NCBI GenBank assembly: GCA_013265495.1 | Contig: MU057743.1 | Span: 1-32,082, forward strand | Length of the DNA: 32,082 nt | Source: Vicugna vicugna | Lineage: Eukaryota | Direction: 5' to 3' | Shown: one piece after another, positions 1 through 12,644 of the stretch | Layout of the letters: the number at the start of each line of letters is the position of its first letter | Position numbering within the stretch: the stretch's first letter is position 1 | Notes under the pieces: generated by a model | Seen by the model: the letters and a program-made list of their open reading frames with translations, nothing else | What the model was told of the DNA's origin: nothing | Databases searched by the model: none | Translations under genes and position numbers: made by a program

Positions 1-2284
1 AGAGAAAACCCCTGAAAATGAAAATAATACAACAAAAATAAACAATTTGCCAGATTAAAAAGTAAGTAATAAAAATGCTAAATGAATTAGGAAAGGGCAA
101 TTATCTAAACATGGATTATTTTATGAAAGAACTAGAAAATACAAAGAGGGCCCAATCAAAAATAAGTAATTCAATATCTGAGATGAAAAACACTCTAGAA
201 GCAAATAATAGCAGAATAATGACACAAAAGAACACATAAGTGATCTGGAAGATACAACAATGGCAATCACTAAAACAGCAGACAGAAAGATGAAGAAAAT
301 AAGATTGAAACATATTAGATATCTGGGGTAACACCAAATGTGCCAAGATTTGTACTACAGGAGTTTCAGCAGGAGAAGGGAGAAGGGTATCAAAACTGCA
401 TTTGAGGAGATTGACTGAAAATTTCCCTAACCAATCGAGGAAAACAGATTATCAAGGTACAGGAAGCACACAGGATCTGAAATGTTATTAACCCAGACAG
501 ACCCACATCAAGACATATCATAATAAAAATAACAAAAGTTAAAGATAAGGAGAGGATTCAAAAAGCAGTAAAAGAGAAATAAAAGAGTTATATACAAGGG
601 AATCCTCATAAAGCTATCAGCAGATTTATCTGCAGAATCTCTGGAGGCCAGGAAGGGATGACATAATACAGTCAAAATGCCAAAAGTGGAAAAACAAAAA
701 CAAAACCCAAAACAAAACACCCTGCAACCTAGGAGAATCTACCCAGAAAAAAAATAGTATTTAGAATAGAAGAGAAAAAGTAATTCTGAGACAAGCAAAA
801 ACCTGAAAAAAATTTAGCAATACTAACCCTGCACTACGAGAAAATTTGAAGAGTATATTCTAAATTGAAAAGAGGTAAGACCCTATAAGAAAGGGGAAAA
901 TCACACTAGAGAAAGCAAATATATAGTAAGGATTGATGATCACTTAAATAAGCCAACATATAGATTGAATAGAGATGAAAACTTTGTAAAATTATCTATA
1001 TGATAAACAGTAAATGGATAAGCAAAAAGATGTAAAGTATGGCATGAAAAACACAAAATACATAGGAAAGGAGTACAAAAAGAAGAATGTGTTTGAACTT
1101 CAGTGTAAATCAGGAAGATATAATATGCATCAGAATATATGAACTCCATGGTAATCAGAAATCAAAAACGTACAATAGATACACAAAAATGGAAAACAAA
1201 GGAAACCAAGAGTACAAAAAAATAAGTAAACCACAATGGAAGGGGAAAAAGAAGATGAAATGAACAGAGTACTACAAAAATAACTGGAAAAGAAGTAATG
1301 AAATGGAAATAAGTACTGACCTATCAATAATTAGTCTAAAAGTCAATGAACGAAAGTCTCCACTAATTAATTAAAGACATAGTGTGGGTGATAAGGTAAG
1401 ACTAACAGCAACATGTTTTAATATGCTAGTGACAAGAGACTCAACTCAGTTCAGGGTTAAAGATACACACAGACTGAAAGAGAGAGAAAGGAAAAAGATG
1501 TTTCATGCAAATGGAAACTACAAGAAAGCAGGGGTAGCAATACTCATATCAAACCAAATAGACTTTAAAACAAAGGTTGTAACAAAAGACAAAAAAGGAC
1601 ATGATACGATAATAAAGGGATCAATGCAAGAAGATATTACACTAGTGAGCATACATACACCCAATATAGGAGTATGTAAAGCAAATGCTGACTGATATAA
1701 AGAGAGAAATGGACAATAATAAAATAACAGTAGGGGACTTTAACACTCAACTGACATCAATGAACAAGTCATCCTAGAAGGAATATCAATAAGGCAAAAG
1801 TAGTCTTAAATGGCACACTATACCAGTTGGAATTAACAGATATCAAAGGACATTACATTAAAAAAAAAACAGCAGAATACATATTATTTTCAAGTGGACA
1901 TGGAACACTCTCCAGGATAGATCACATAATAGGCCACTAAATCAAGCCTCAACAAATTTAACAGGATAGAAATTGTATCAAGCATTTTTTTTCTGACCAC
2001 AATTTTAGGAAATTAAAAATCAACTACAGAAAGGGAAATGGGAAAAGAACAAACACTTATAGACTAAACATGCTAGTAAATGGACCAATGATGAAATCAT
2101 AGAGGAAATCAAACAATACCTTGAGACAAATGGAAATAGAAACATAATTTTCCACAATCTATGGGATGCAGCAAAAGCAGTTCTAAGAGGGAAATTCGTA
2201 GTGATAAGACCTTTCTAAAGATATAAGAAAATGTCAAATAAACAACCTAACATAAACACCCAAACAATAACAAAGGAAGAACAA

Positions 2285-2420
2285 GTGGCAAGGAGGGTAT
2301 AGCTTGTGTAGCAAGCACAAGGTGCTGGCTTCAATCCCCAGTCCCTCAATTAAAAATAAATAAATGAAACCTAATTACCTCCCTCCTCAAAAAATCAACA
2401 ACAAAAACAAACAAACAAAA
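2285..2420 (+). mobile_element. tRNA-derived SINE (camelid type) inserted in L1 A, with a partial A-box deletion
   Basis: ggagggtatagct...ggcttcaatccccagt B-box, taaataaatgaaacctaattacctccc tail and A-rich end. Homologous to the SINEs at 27817, 29470 and 31998. L1 resumes at aaagcccaaagtcagc. Confidence 0.85.
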
Positions 2421-4448
2421 AATAAAGCCCAAAGTCAGCAAAAGGAGGAAAATAAAGTATCAGAGAGGGAATAAAGAAAATAAAGATCAAATAAACAATA
2501 GAAAATATCAATGAAATCAATAACTTTTTTTTGGAAAAGACAAACAAAGTTAATAAATCTTTAGCTAGGTTCACCATAAAGAAAATAGAGACTCCAAATA
2601 AACAAACTAAGAATTGAAAGAAGACAAATGACAACAGGCATTCTCTTATGATTTGTTTGTGTTACACAGAGACGCACAAAAAAATCATAAGAGAACGCTA
2701 TGACCAGTTAATGCCAACAAATTGGACAGCCTATGAGAAATGGGCAAATTATCAGAAACAAGCAACCTGCCAAGACTGAATCAAGAAGAGATAGACAATT
2801 TGAAGACACCGAACACTAAACGTGAAATTAAAATTTTAATTAAAAAAATAAACTCCCAGCTAACAAAAGTCTAGGACCAGATGGCTTCACAGGGGAATTC
2901 TATGAAACATATAAGGGAGAATTTATATGCATGCTTCTCAAACAATTCCAAAAAAGATGAAAGAAAAGAGAATACTCCCAAAGTCATTCTATGAAGCCAC
3001 CATTACCCTGACACCAAAACCAGACAAAGTCACTACAGAAAAAATCAAATGACAGACCAACTTCTTTGGGAAGTATAGGTGCAAAAATCCTCAACAGAGT
3101 ATTAGCAAATTGAACCTAACAATGCATAAAAAGATCATACTCCATGATCAATTTAGATTTTTTCCAGGATCACAAGGATGGAGCAACCTTTGCAAATCAA
3201 CCGATACAATATACCACATCAACAAAAAGAAGGACAAAAATCACATGATCATCTTAATCAATACAAAAATTACTGGAAAAATTCAACATTCATTTGTGAT
3301 AGAAACAATCATCAAAGTGGGTACAGAGGGAAAATATCTCCACATAATAAAGGTTATTTGTGACACACCCACAGGCAACACCATACTCAAAGGTGAAAAG
3401 TTGAAAGCCTTCACAGTAAATCCTGGAACAAGACATTGTCACCACTTCCTTTTAACATAGTATTAGAAGTCTTATCCACAGCAATCAAACAACAAATAAA
3501 TAAATTATCCAAGTGGAAAGGAAAGAGCTATCACTGTTTGCATATTCCAAGATACTTTATGTAGAAAACCCTAAGGTCTCAGCCCTAAAACTGTTAGGAC
3601 GAATAGACAACTTCAGGAGGTTGCAAGATATAAGATTAATATACAAATATCTGTTGTGTGTCTATACACCCATAACAAAATATCAGAAAGAGAAAGCTTT
3701 AAAAAAAATCCTATTTAAATTCACACCAAAAATTAAAAAAAAACAACTTAGGAATAAACTGAAACAAGAAAGTGATAGACCTATAGTCTGAAAACAATAA
3801 AACATACATAAAGGGAAATGCAGATGATGCATGTGCCTGTGGATTGAAAGGACTCATATGGTTAAAATGGTCATACTGCCCAAAGCAATCCCCAGACTGA
3901 ACGCAACCCTTATCAAAATACCATGACATTTTTCACAGAACTTGAATAAACAATCTTAAAATTTATATGGAACAACAGAAAACCCTGCCCAAGCAATTTG
4001 AGGGAAAAAAAGAAAAACAACAACTGGAGGTATTTCCCTTCCAGACTTCAGACTATAATACAAAACTACAGCAATCCAGACAGTTTGGTACTGTCACAAA
4101 TACAGACACATAAATCAACAGAACAGATTAGAGAGTCCAGAAATAAATCCACCCACTACTGATAAATTAAACTCTGACAAAGTAGGGAAGACTATACAGT
4201 GGAGAAGACAGTCTCTGCAACAAGTGGTGATGGCAAAACTGAAAAGCCACATGTAAGACATCGGTTCACACCTCACACCAACAACCTTGGAACGGTTTAA
4301 AGACCTAAATATAAGATGTGAAAACATGAAGCTCCTAGAAGAGGATATAGGTGAAGCATTTGACATAAATTGTAGCAATATTTTCTTGGACCCATCTCCA
4401 AAGGCAAAAGGAAAGAAAAAAAATAAACAAATTAGACCTATTTAAACC

Positions 4449-4666
4449 AAGATTTGTAGATACTGAAAGGTATATATAGAATAGATAAACAAGGTTATAC
4501 TGTATAGCAAAGGGAAATATTTACAAGATCTTGTGGTAGTTCATGGTGAAAAAGAATGTGATGACAATGAATATATGTATGTTAGAGTATAACTGAAAAA
4601 TTGTGCTCTACACTGGAAATTGACACAACATTGTAAACTGACTATAACTCAATAATAAAAAAAAAA
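4449..4666 (+). mobile_element. 5'-truncated younger L1 3' end nested in L1 A ORF2
   Basis: Matches the 3' UTR of the L1s ending at 23969 and 27626 (gaaaaattgtgctctacactggaaattgacacaacattgtaaa...caataa + polyA). The host is interrupted between gacctatttaaacc and ctgaaagcatttgcac. Confidence 0.9.
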
Positions 4667-5297
4667 CCCTGAAAGCATTTGCACAACAAAGAAAACCATC
4701 AATAAATGAAAAGAAACCCTACAGAATGGGAGAAAAAGTATTTGGAAATGAGTCAATGGACAAAAGGTTCATATCCAAAATATACAAGCAGCTGGTACAC
4801 CTCAGTATCAAAAAAACCCCAAACTCAGTAAGAAAATCTGCAAAATTTGAATGAAAAATTTTTCAAAAAAGGCATACAGATGGCCAACAGACACATGAAA
4901 AGGTGCTCAACATCATTAGTCATTAGAAAAATACATATCAAAATAACAATGAGATGTCACTTCACACCTGTCAGAATTGGTATCATCAAAAAAAAATCTG
5001 TAAGTAACAAATGCTAATGAGGATGTCAAGAAAAATGAGCCCTTGTATACTGTTAGTGGAAATATAAATTGTTGCAATGACTTTGAAAATAGTATGGAGG
5101 TTCCTCAAAAACTAAAAATAGAACTACCATATGATCCATTAATTCCATTCCTGTGCATATATCCTGAGAAAATGAAAACACTAATTCAAAATAATCTGAG
5201 TACCCCAGGGTTCACTGCAGCACTATTTACAATAACCAAGAGGTGGAAGCAGCCCAAGAGCTCATCAACAGAAGAATGGATAAAGAAGATGTCATTT

Positions 5298-5384
5298 TAT
5301 ATATATATATATCATATATTTTATACATATATATCATATATTTTTTATATATATGTGTTTGTGTGTGTATATATATATACATAC

Positions 5385-5420
<36 letters not shown>
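5298..5420. repeat. Compound (TA)n/(TG)n microsatellite
   Basis: Directly visible dinucleotide runs. Confidence 0.95.
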
Positions 5421-5421
<1 letters not shown>

Positions 5422-5858
5422 AAATTCAGCCACAAAAAGGAGTAAAATCCTGCCATTTGTAGCAATGTTCATGGACCTAGAGAATAATTATGCTTAGTGA
5501 AATAAAGGAGACAGAGTAAGTCAAATATTTTATGATACCATTTATATGTGAAATATAAAAACTTATAAGTGAATATATATATTCAAAACAGAAACAGATT
5601 CACGGATATAAAATCAAACTTATTGTTACCCCAGGGGAGAGGGAAGCGGGAGTGATGAATAAGGAATATGAGATTAATAGATAAAATCTATTATATATAA
5701 AATAGATAAGCAGCAAAGATATACTGTATCATATAGAGAATTATAGACTTTTCCTTGTGATAACCTATGATGGAAAGTAATCTGCAAAAATACTGAATCA
5801 CTATGCTATACACCTGAAACTATTATAATGTTTTAAATCAAATATACTTCAATAAAAA

Positions 5859-6320
5859 GAAAATAATGAATGGCTGGGTTCTTCCCAAACTGTGGTGAGA
5901 TTACATGTCCAAGTTTATAAAGCTAAGGTCACACCAAAATTTTACCCAAGATATTCATCTCCATGTTACATTATACTAAAACTGTGTAAAAGCAAGGACA
6001 AAACATTGTAAATTTATTAGAGAAAACAACCTCAAATATAAAGGAAGCACTGTAAGTATTAGCAGATTTCTCAGAGAAACTTTGAAGGCAGGGGAAAGGA
6101 GGATGATAAATTCAAAGTACTGAAAGAAAAACAAATTGCAAACCAAAATATTTTATCATTCAAAATTGTCTTTCAGAAATTAATTATAGATGAAAACTTT
6201 CTCAGATAAACAAAAGCTGAGGGAATTCATCATCACTATTTCTGCCTTAAAACAATCCTGAAATCAGTTATTGAAGCTAAAAGATAAGGATGCTAATTAG
6301 TAATAGTAAAACATATGAAG
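5859..6320 (+). mobile_element. Older L1 ORF1 C-terminal fragment, probable host of L1 A
   Basis: Homologous to the ORF1 segments at 410-870 and 8100-8500 (agcagatttctcagagaaactttgaaggcagg; agataaacaaaagctgagggaattcatca) but more diverged. Confidence 0.8.
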
Positions 6321-6998
6321 TGGGAGACAAGGTCAAAGAGTGGGAAGACCCTGAGCACACCTCCTCACATGGGCACTCCAAAATTACAGTCATTTACAGA
6401 ACAACTGTCTATGAGAATGACCTGAAGAACAGCAGAAAATATTTTCCACAATTAAAGATATGAAGATGCAACCAAAAATTTGTGTAGGAAGGGTGGTGAC
6501 GTTGTATAGCCAAGACTCACTCCCCTGGGTAAGCAACCCACAAATGAAAGGATAATCACAATTGCATATTTTCTTCCAAAGGATTGGGCAGTTCAAACCT
6601 CCCCTCAGGCTACCAAAACCATTGTGGCCCTGAAATAGGATGATGAGACTCCAGAGCATCTGATTTTGGAGGCCAGCAGGGCTATCAAAAGGGAGAGTCA
6701 GTTGGAAACAAAGAGTCTGCTCTTAAAGGAAATGTGCAAATTTTCACACACTCCAAGTGACATTGCAAAGGCAGTAGTTGAATGGAGCCTGGATTTGACT
6801 CACTTACTGATCTTGGAGAGCATCCTGGAGAGGCAAGAGGCAACTGGGACTCCCCCTGGGAACACAGATGCTGGTGACATCCATTTTGTGGACCTTAGAA
6901 TACAGTGAGGACACTGATGCTGGCAAGAGTCATTTTGGAATCCTCCTCAAAGCTTAATAGTACTGGGGGATTACAAAACCAAGACCCACTGGTATAAG

Positions 6999-7400
6999 CA
7001 GCCAGCCACATTGGAACCCATCCCTACTCATCAGCACTCCAGAACCAGTCCCAGGCCATTCTGGCACCTGAAGCTATCTACCATAGAATGTAACCCAGCC
7101 TACCAGTTGGCAGGCATAAGCCCTGGGAACCCCTAGGCTGTGTGGTCGGCCACACGAGTAACAGGCCCCACACACCAGCCATCCATCACTAACCCCATGT
7201 TATGTAGGGTCATGTAGCCAGCCATGCTGGGACCTGGCTCTGTATACAAGTGGTCAGGCACCAGTCCTAGGGCCCCATGGGCCATACAGCCAGCCATGCC
7301 AGGACCTTGCACCACCCACCAGTGGGCCAGCACCAGTCCAGGACCCCATGGGCAGCACAGTGAGCTATGCAGGGACCAAGTCTCACGCAATGGTGAGTCA
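6999..7400 (+). repeat. Degenerate 72-bp tandem array (about 6 units) in the L1 B 5' UTR
   Basis: cagccagcca-like unit starts at 6999, 7071, 7143, 7215, 7287 and 7358. Confidence 0.85.
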
Positions 7401-8788
7401 GCAGCCACGGCATGAGGTAGTGCCGGGGAGCCAAATGTGCCAGGAGACAGCCAAACCTATGCGCACACCCAGGGCACTCAGCCCCATCAAAACAAAAGAG
7501 CCCTTGCAAACTATATAGAAGGCATCCCTAGAATATATAGCTCTGATGATGAGAGGAAAGTTTGCTACTGAGACCCCAAGACATCTTCCATAAAAGGTCA
7601 TATCTCCAAGACTGGAAGATGTAATCAACTTACCTAATATGTAGAAATAAACACAAAGAATTAAGTACAATGAGGAGACAGAAGGATATGTTCCAAACAG
7701 AGGTGTATACAAAACACCAGAAGAATAACAAAGCAAAGTAGACATAGGTATTTATGATAAAGATGCTCAATGAAATCCTGGGAAGAATGGATGAACACAG
7801 GTAGAATTTTCACAAAGAATTAGAAAATATAAATAAGAAACAGAGATAAGGAATAAAATAACTAAATTCTAAAAATACACTAGAAGGAATCAACAGTAGA
7901 TTAGATGTTACTTAGAAATGGATCAGCAAACTGGAAGACAGAGTAGTGCAAATCAACCAAGCTGAACAGAAAAAAAAAATAAAAAGGGGAATAAAAATAG
8001 GATCATATAAGAGATCTCTGGGACATCATCAAGCACACTAACATTTACATCATAGAAGTCCCAGAAGGAAAAGAGATGGGAAATGGGAATTTATATGAAG
8101 AAATAAAAGCTGAAAACTTTCCAAACTTGATGAAGTAAACAGACATTTAGGTCCAGAAAGCACAGATAGTACCAAGAAAGATGACACAATAAACAAGACA
8201 CAATATACTTAAAGTGGCAAAAATTAAAAACAGAGAATCTTAAAAGCAGCAAGAGGAAAACATCTAGTTTTATACAAGGGGCCTGACCTTTCATCGTGAA
8301 TCTTCCACGCCTGAAGAGAGTGGTAAAAAATATTTAACATGATGAAAAATAAGAAAACTTACAGCCAAGATACTCTAACTGGTAAGGCTACAATTTATAT
8401 TTAAAGGAGAGATAGAGTTTCACAGATAAGCAAAAGGTAAAGTATTCAGCATGACAAAACTGGATTCACAAGAAATTTTAACTGTGCTTCTCTAAGTGGA
8501 AAGGAATAACACAACTAAAAGTATGAAAATTATGAAAGGAAAAATCTCATTAGTCAAGGTGAATATACAGTAAAGTTAGTAGATTAAGCACTTTTAAAAT
8601 GAGTAGAAATGTTAAGAGACAAAATTAGTAAAATTGCCTATATACACAATAAGTAGTTAAGGGAAACACAGAACAAAGGATGTTAAATATGATATCAAAA
8701 AACATTAAATTTAAGGGAGGGAAGTAAAATGGAATATTACTATAATATGTTCAAACTTAAGAGATTGTTAGCTAAAAATATTTATTTA

Positions 8789-8823
8789 TGTATGTGTGTG
8801 CATGTGCGTGTGCGTGTGTGTGT
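8789..8823. repeat. Imperfect (TG)n microsatellite
   Basis: Directly visible. Confidence 0.9.
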
Positions 8824-9517
8824 AGTTTGTGGTATTAAAAAAAAGTCATGGTAAACACAAACTGGAAATCAGTCATTGATATGCGAAAAAGAAAAAAATA
8901 TCGAAAAATTAAATGAAAAATAGTCATCAAATCATAAGAGAAGAGAGCAAAAGGAGAACAAAAATAAATGCAAGAACAACCAGAAAACAATGAACAAAGT
9001 GACAATAAGTACATACCTATCAATAATCACTTTAAATGCTAATGGGAAAAAATGCTCCAATCAAAAGACAGAGTGGTTAATAGATATAGAACAAGACCCA
9101 AATATGTGCTGCGCACAGGAGACCAGCTTTGGATCTAAAGAAACACAAAGACTGAAAGTGAGAGAATCGAAATGGTATTCCATGCAGATAAAAATGAAAT
9201 GAAACCTCAGGTAGCAATATTTATCTCAGGCAAATTACACTTTAAAAGAAAAAGTGTAACAAGAGACAAAGAAAGTATTATATAATAATAGAGAAATCAA
9301 TTTAGCAAGATAATATTACAATGCAAATTTCTATGCACCCAAATTAGAAGTACTTAAATATACAAAGCAAATATTAACAGACATGAAAGGAGAAAATGAG
9401 GGAAACACTATAATAGTAGGGGACTTTAACACCACACAAACATCAATAGACAGATAATCCAGACAGAAATTCAGTAAGGAAACACTGGCATTAAAGGACA
9501 TCTTAGGCCAGAATAAA

Positions 9518-9574
9518 TCTCTCTCTCTTTCTCTCTCTCTGTCTCTCTGTCTGTCCCTGTATAGATAGATAGAT

Positions 9575-9626
<52 letters not shown>
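9518..9626. repeat. Compound (TC)n + (GATA)n microsatellite
   Basis: TC-rich run at 9518-9559, then about 16 ATAG units with one ATG interruption. Confidence 0.95.
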
Positions 9627-12592
9627 TAACATTCCATCCAGAAGTTGAAGAGTACACCCATTCTTTTCAAGTGCACATGGAACATTCCCAAGGATAGATT
9701 ACATGCTAAGTCATAAAGGAAGTCTCAATACATTTAAGAAGATTGAAATAATATGAAATATCTTTTCTGACTACAACCATGTGATATTAGAAATAAACTA
9801 CAAGAAAAAAATCCACACACACACAAAATCTGTGAACACGTGGAGGTTAAACAAAATGCTACTAAACAGCCGATGGGTTACTGAAAAAAATATCACATAT
9901 GAAATATAAAAATACTTGGTCAGAAAGGAAAATGGAAACACAATGATACAAAAAGTATGACACAGCAAAAACATTTCTAAGAAGCAAGTTTATAGTAGTA
10001 CAGGCCTAACTCAGGAAACAAAGTTCTAAATTAAACAGTCTGACCTTATACATCTTATATCACACAGAATTTAAAGAAAGAAAAAGAACAGAAAAACCCG
10101 AAGTTAGTAGAAGGAGAGAGGTAGTAAAAATTAGAGTAGAAATAAATAAAATAGAGACCAAAACTATATAAAATATCCATAAAGCTAAGAGATGGTTCTT
10201 TGAAAAGCTGTATAAACTCATCATTAAAAAAAGCGAGAGGGATCAATTATTTTTTAAATTAGAAATGAAGAGAAGTTACAGCCAAAACCACAGAAATATG
10301 AAGGATCATAAGAGATCGTTATAAATAATTATAAACCAATAAAGAGAACATAGAAGAAATGGATAAATACCTCAAGTGTACAACACCCCAAGACCAAATT
10401 TGGAGAGAAATAGAAATTACGAACAGACTAATTATCTCTAATTATCAATAGAGATCACCAGTAATAAAATGAAATCAGTAAAAACAAAAAATTAAAACAT
10501 AAACTCCCAACAAACAAAAGCCCAGGACTAGCTGACTTTATATGTAAGCTCTACCAAACACTTAAAGATGAGTTAATGGCTATTTTTCTCAAACTGATCC
10601 AGAAAATTGAAGAGTAAGGAAGTTTCTGAACTCATTCTACAAGGCCAGCATCACCCTGATACTAAAACCACAAAAAGATACTACCCAAAAAATAAAATTA
10701 TAGGCCATTATCATTGATGAACATAGATGCAGAAAAATTCTCAACAAAATATTCACAAACTAAGGTCAACAACACATTAAAAGACTCATATAGTATGATC
10801 AACTGGGATTTATTTAAGGGACTCAAGCTCAATCAATGTGAAATACCACATTAACAAATTCAAAATTACAGATCATTTAACACCTCAATAGATGTATACA
10901 AATCTTTTGACAAAAAATCTAGCATTCATTTCTAATGACAACTCTCAACAAAGTCGTTACTTCTGAGGGAACATTCCTCAATATACTAAAGGCAATATAT
11001 GACAAACTCACAACCAACATCATACTCAATGAGAAAAAGCTGAAAGCCTTTCCTCAAAAGTCATGAATAAGACACAGATGCCCACTGTTGCTGCTTTTAT
11101 TCACCTTGGAAATTCTAGCCATAGCAATCAGGCAAGAAAAATAAATTTAGAAATCCAAATTGAAAAGGGAAAAGTAAAACTGTGACTCTTTGCTATATGT
11201 TTCAATGACGTGATACTGTATATAGAAAATCCTAAAATTTCTACAAAATAACAGAACTAATAAATAATTTCAGTACAGTTGCAGGATGCAAAATTAATTT
11301 ATAGAAATCTGTCAGACTTCTATGCACTAGCAATAATCTCTCAGACAGAAATTGTTAAGAAGACAATCTCATTTATAACTGCATCAAGAAGAATAAAGTA
11401 TGTAGGCTTGATACCTAGAACATCTAATCAAGGAGATAAAAGACTTGTACTTGTCAACTATAAAACATTGATGAATGAGATTAAAGATGCCACAAACAGA
11501 TAGAAATATATACTGTTTTCATAGATTGAAAACAATATTTTAAATGACCATGTTACCCAATACAATCTTAACCTGAAATTTGTATAGAATCACAAAAGAC
11601 CCCAAATAGCTAAAACAATATTGAGGAAGAAGACAAATCTGAAAGTTTCACAGTCCCTGACTTCAGAGTATATGACAAATGTACAATAATCAAAACAGTG
11701 TGGTACTGGCACAAAACTGGACACATACATACATAAATGGAACGGAAACCCACACCTACATGGTCAATTACTCTATGACAAAGGAGGCAAGAGAATAAAA
11801 TGGAGAAAAGACAGCATCTTCAATAAATGGTGTTGGGAAAACCAGATAGCTACACGCAGAAAAATCAAGCTAAACTACTTTCTCACACCATAAACAAAAA
11901 TAAACTCAAAATAGAAACATAAATGCTTACATTCAGGGCGTACCCTGAAACTGTAATACCCCTAGAAGAAAACATAGAAAATATGCTCTGTGACATCTGT
12001 CTTAATGATATATATTTTTTTTGATTATGTCTCCTCAGTCAAGGGAAACAAAAGCAAAAATGAACAAGTGAAACCACATAAAACTAAAAATCTTTTCTAC
12101 AGTGAAGGAAACCATCAACAAAATGAAAGCAACACAGTCTTCCTGAAAAATGGGCAGAGGGCCTAAATAGACATTTTTCAAAAAAGGCATTAGATGACAA
12201 ACAAGTGGAAATATATTCTACATCACTCATCAGGGAAATACAAATCAAAACCACAATATGATACCTCTTCACATCTGTCATAACGTCTATTATCAAATAG
12301 ACAACAATTAGGATGTGTTGGTGAGGATGTGGAGGAAAAAAATTCCTTGTTCACTGTTGGTGGGATTGTAAACTGGTTCAACTTTTATGTAAAACAATAT
12401 GAAACTTCTCAAAAATTTAAAAGGAAAATTACCATATGATCCAGCAATTTACCTTCTGGGTGTTTACTAAAAGAAAACAAAAAAATTTTTTTAAATATAT
12501 GCACCCCTACCTTTATTTACAGCATTATTTACAACTCCCAAGCTGTGGAAGGAACCTAAATGTCCATGATAGATGAATACATAAAGTTACAG

Positions 12593-12603
12593 ACACACAC
12601 ATT

Positions 12604-12635
<32 letters not shown>

Positions 12636-12644
12636 CACACACAC
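12593..12644. repeat. (CA)n microsatellite
   Basis: Directly visible. Confidence 0.95.

Larger units (their letters stand above)
1303..5520 (+). pseudogene. Broken L1 ORF2 (endonuclease/reverse transcriptase) of element A
   Basis: ORF-track fragments 1384-1695, 3110-3460, 3513-3791 and 5043-5462 are collinear pieces of L1 ORF2p in different frames. Confidence 0.9.
1..5858 (+). mobile_element. Degraded LINE-1 (element A; cetartiodactyl L1_Art-like): ORF1 remnant, inter-ORF region, ORF2 remnant, 3' UTR and poly(A)
   Basis: ORF1-like sequence at 1-870. ORF2 start remnant at 1303. EN peptide FHANGNYKKAGVAILISNQIDFK, RT peptide FFPGSQGWSNLCKS, C-terminal LKIELPYDPLIP. The 3' end is tatacacctgaaact...aatatacttcaataaaaaga. 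Many stops and frameshifts. Confidence 0.95.

Noticed and set aside
6999..7400. CRISPR-like regular periodicity
   Set aside because: The whole unit is homologous between copies, there are no unique spacers or cas genes, and the context is a eukaryotic L1 5' UTR.
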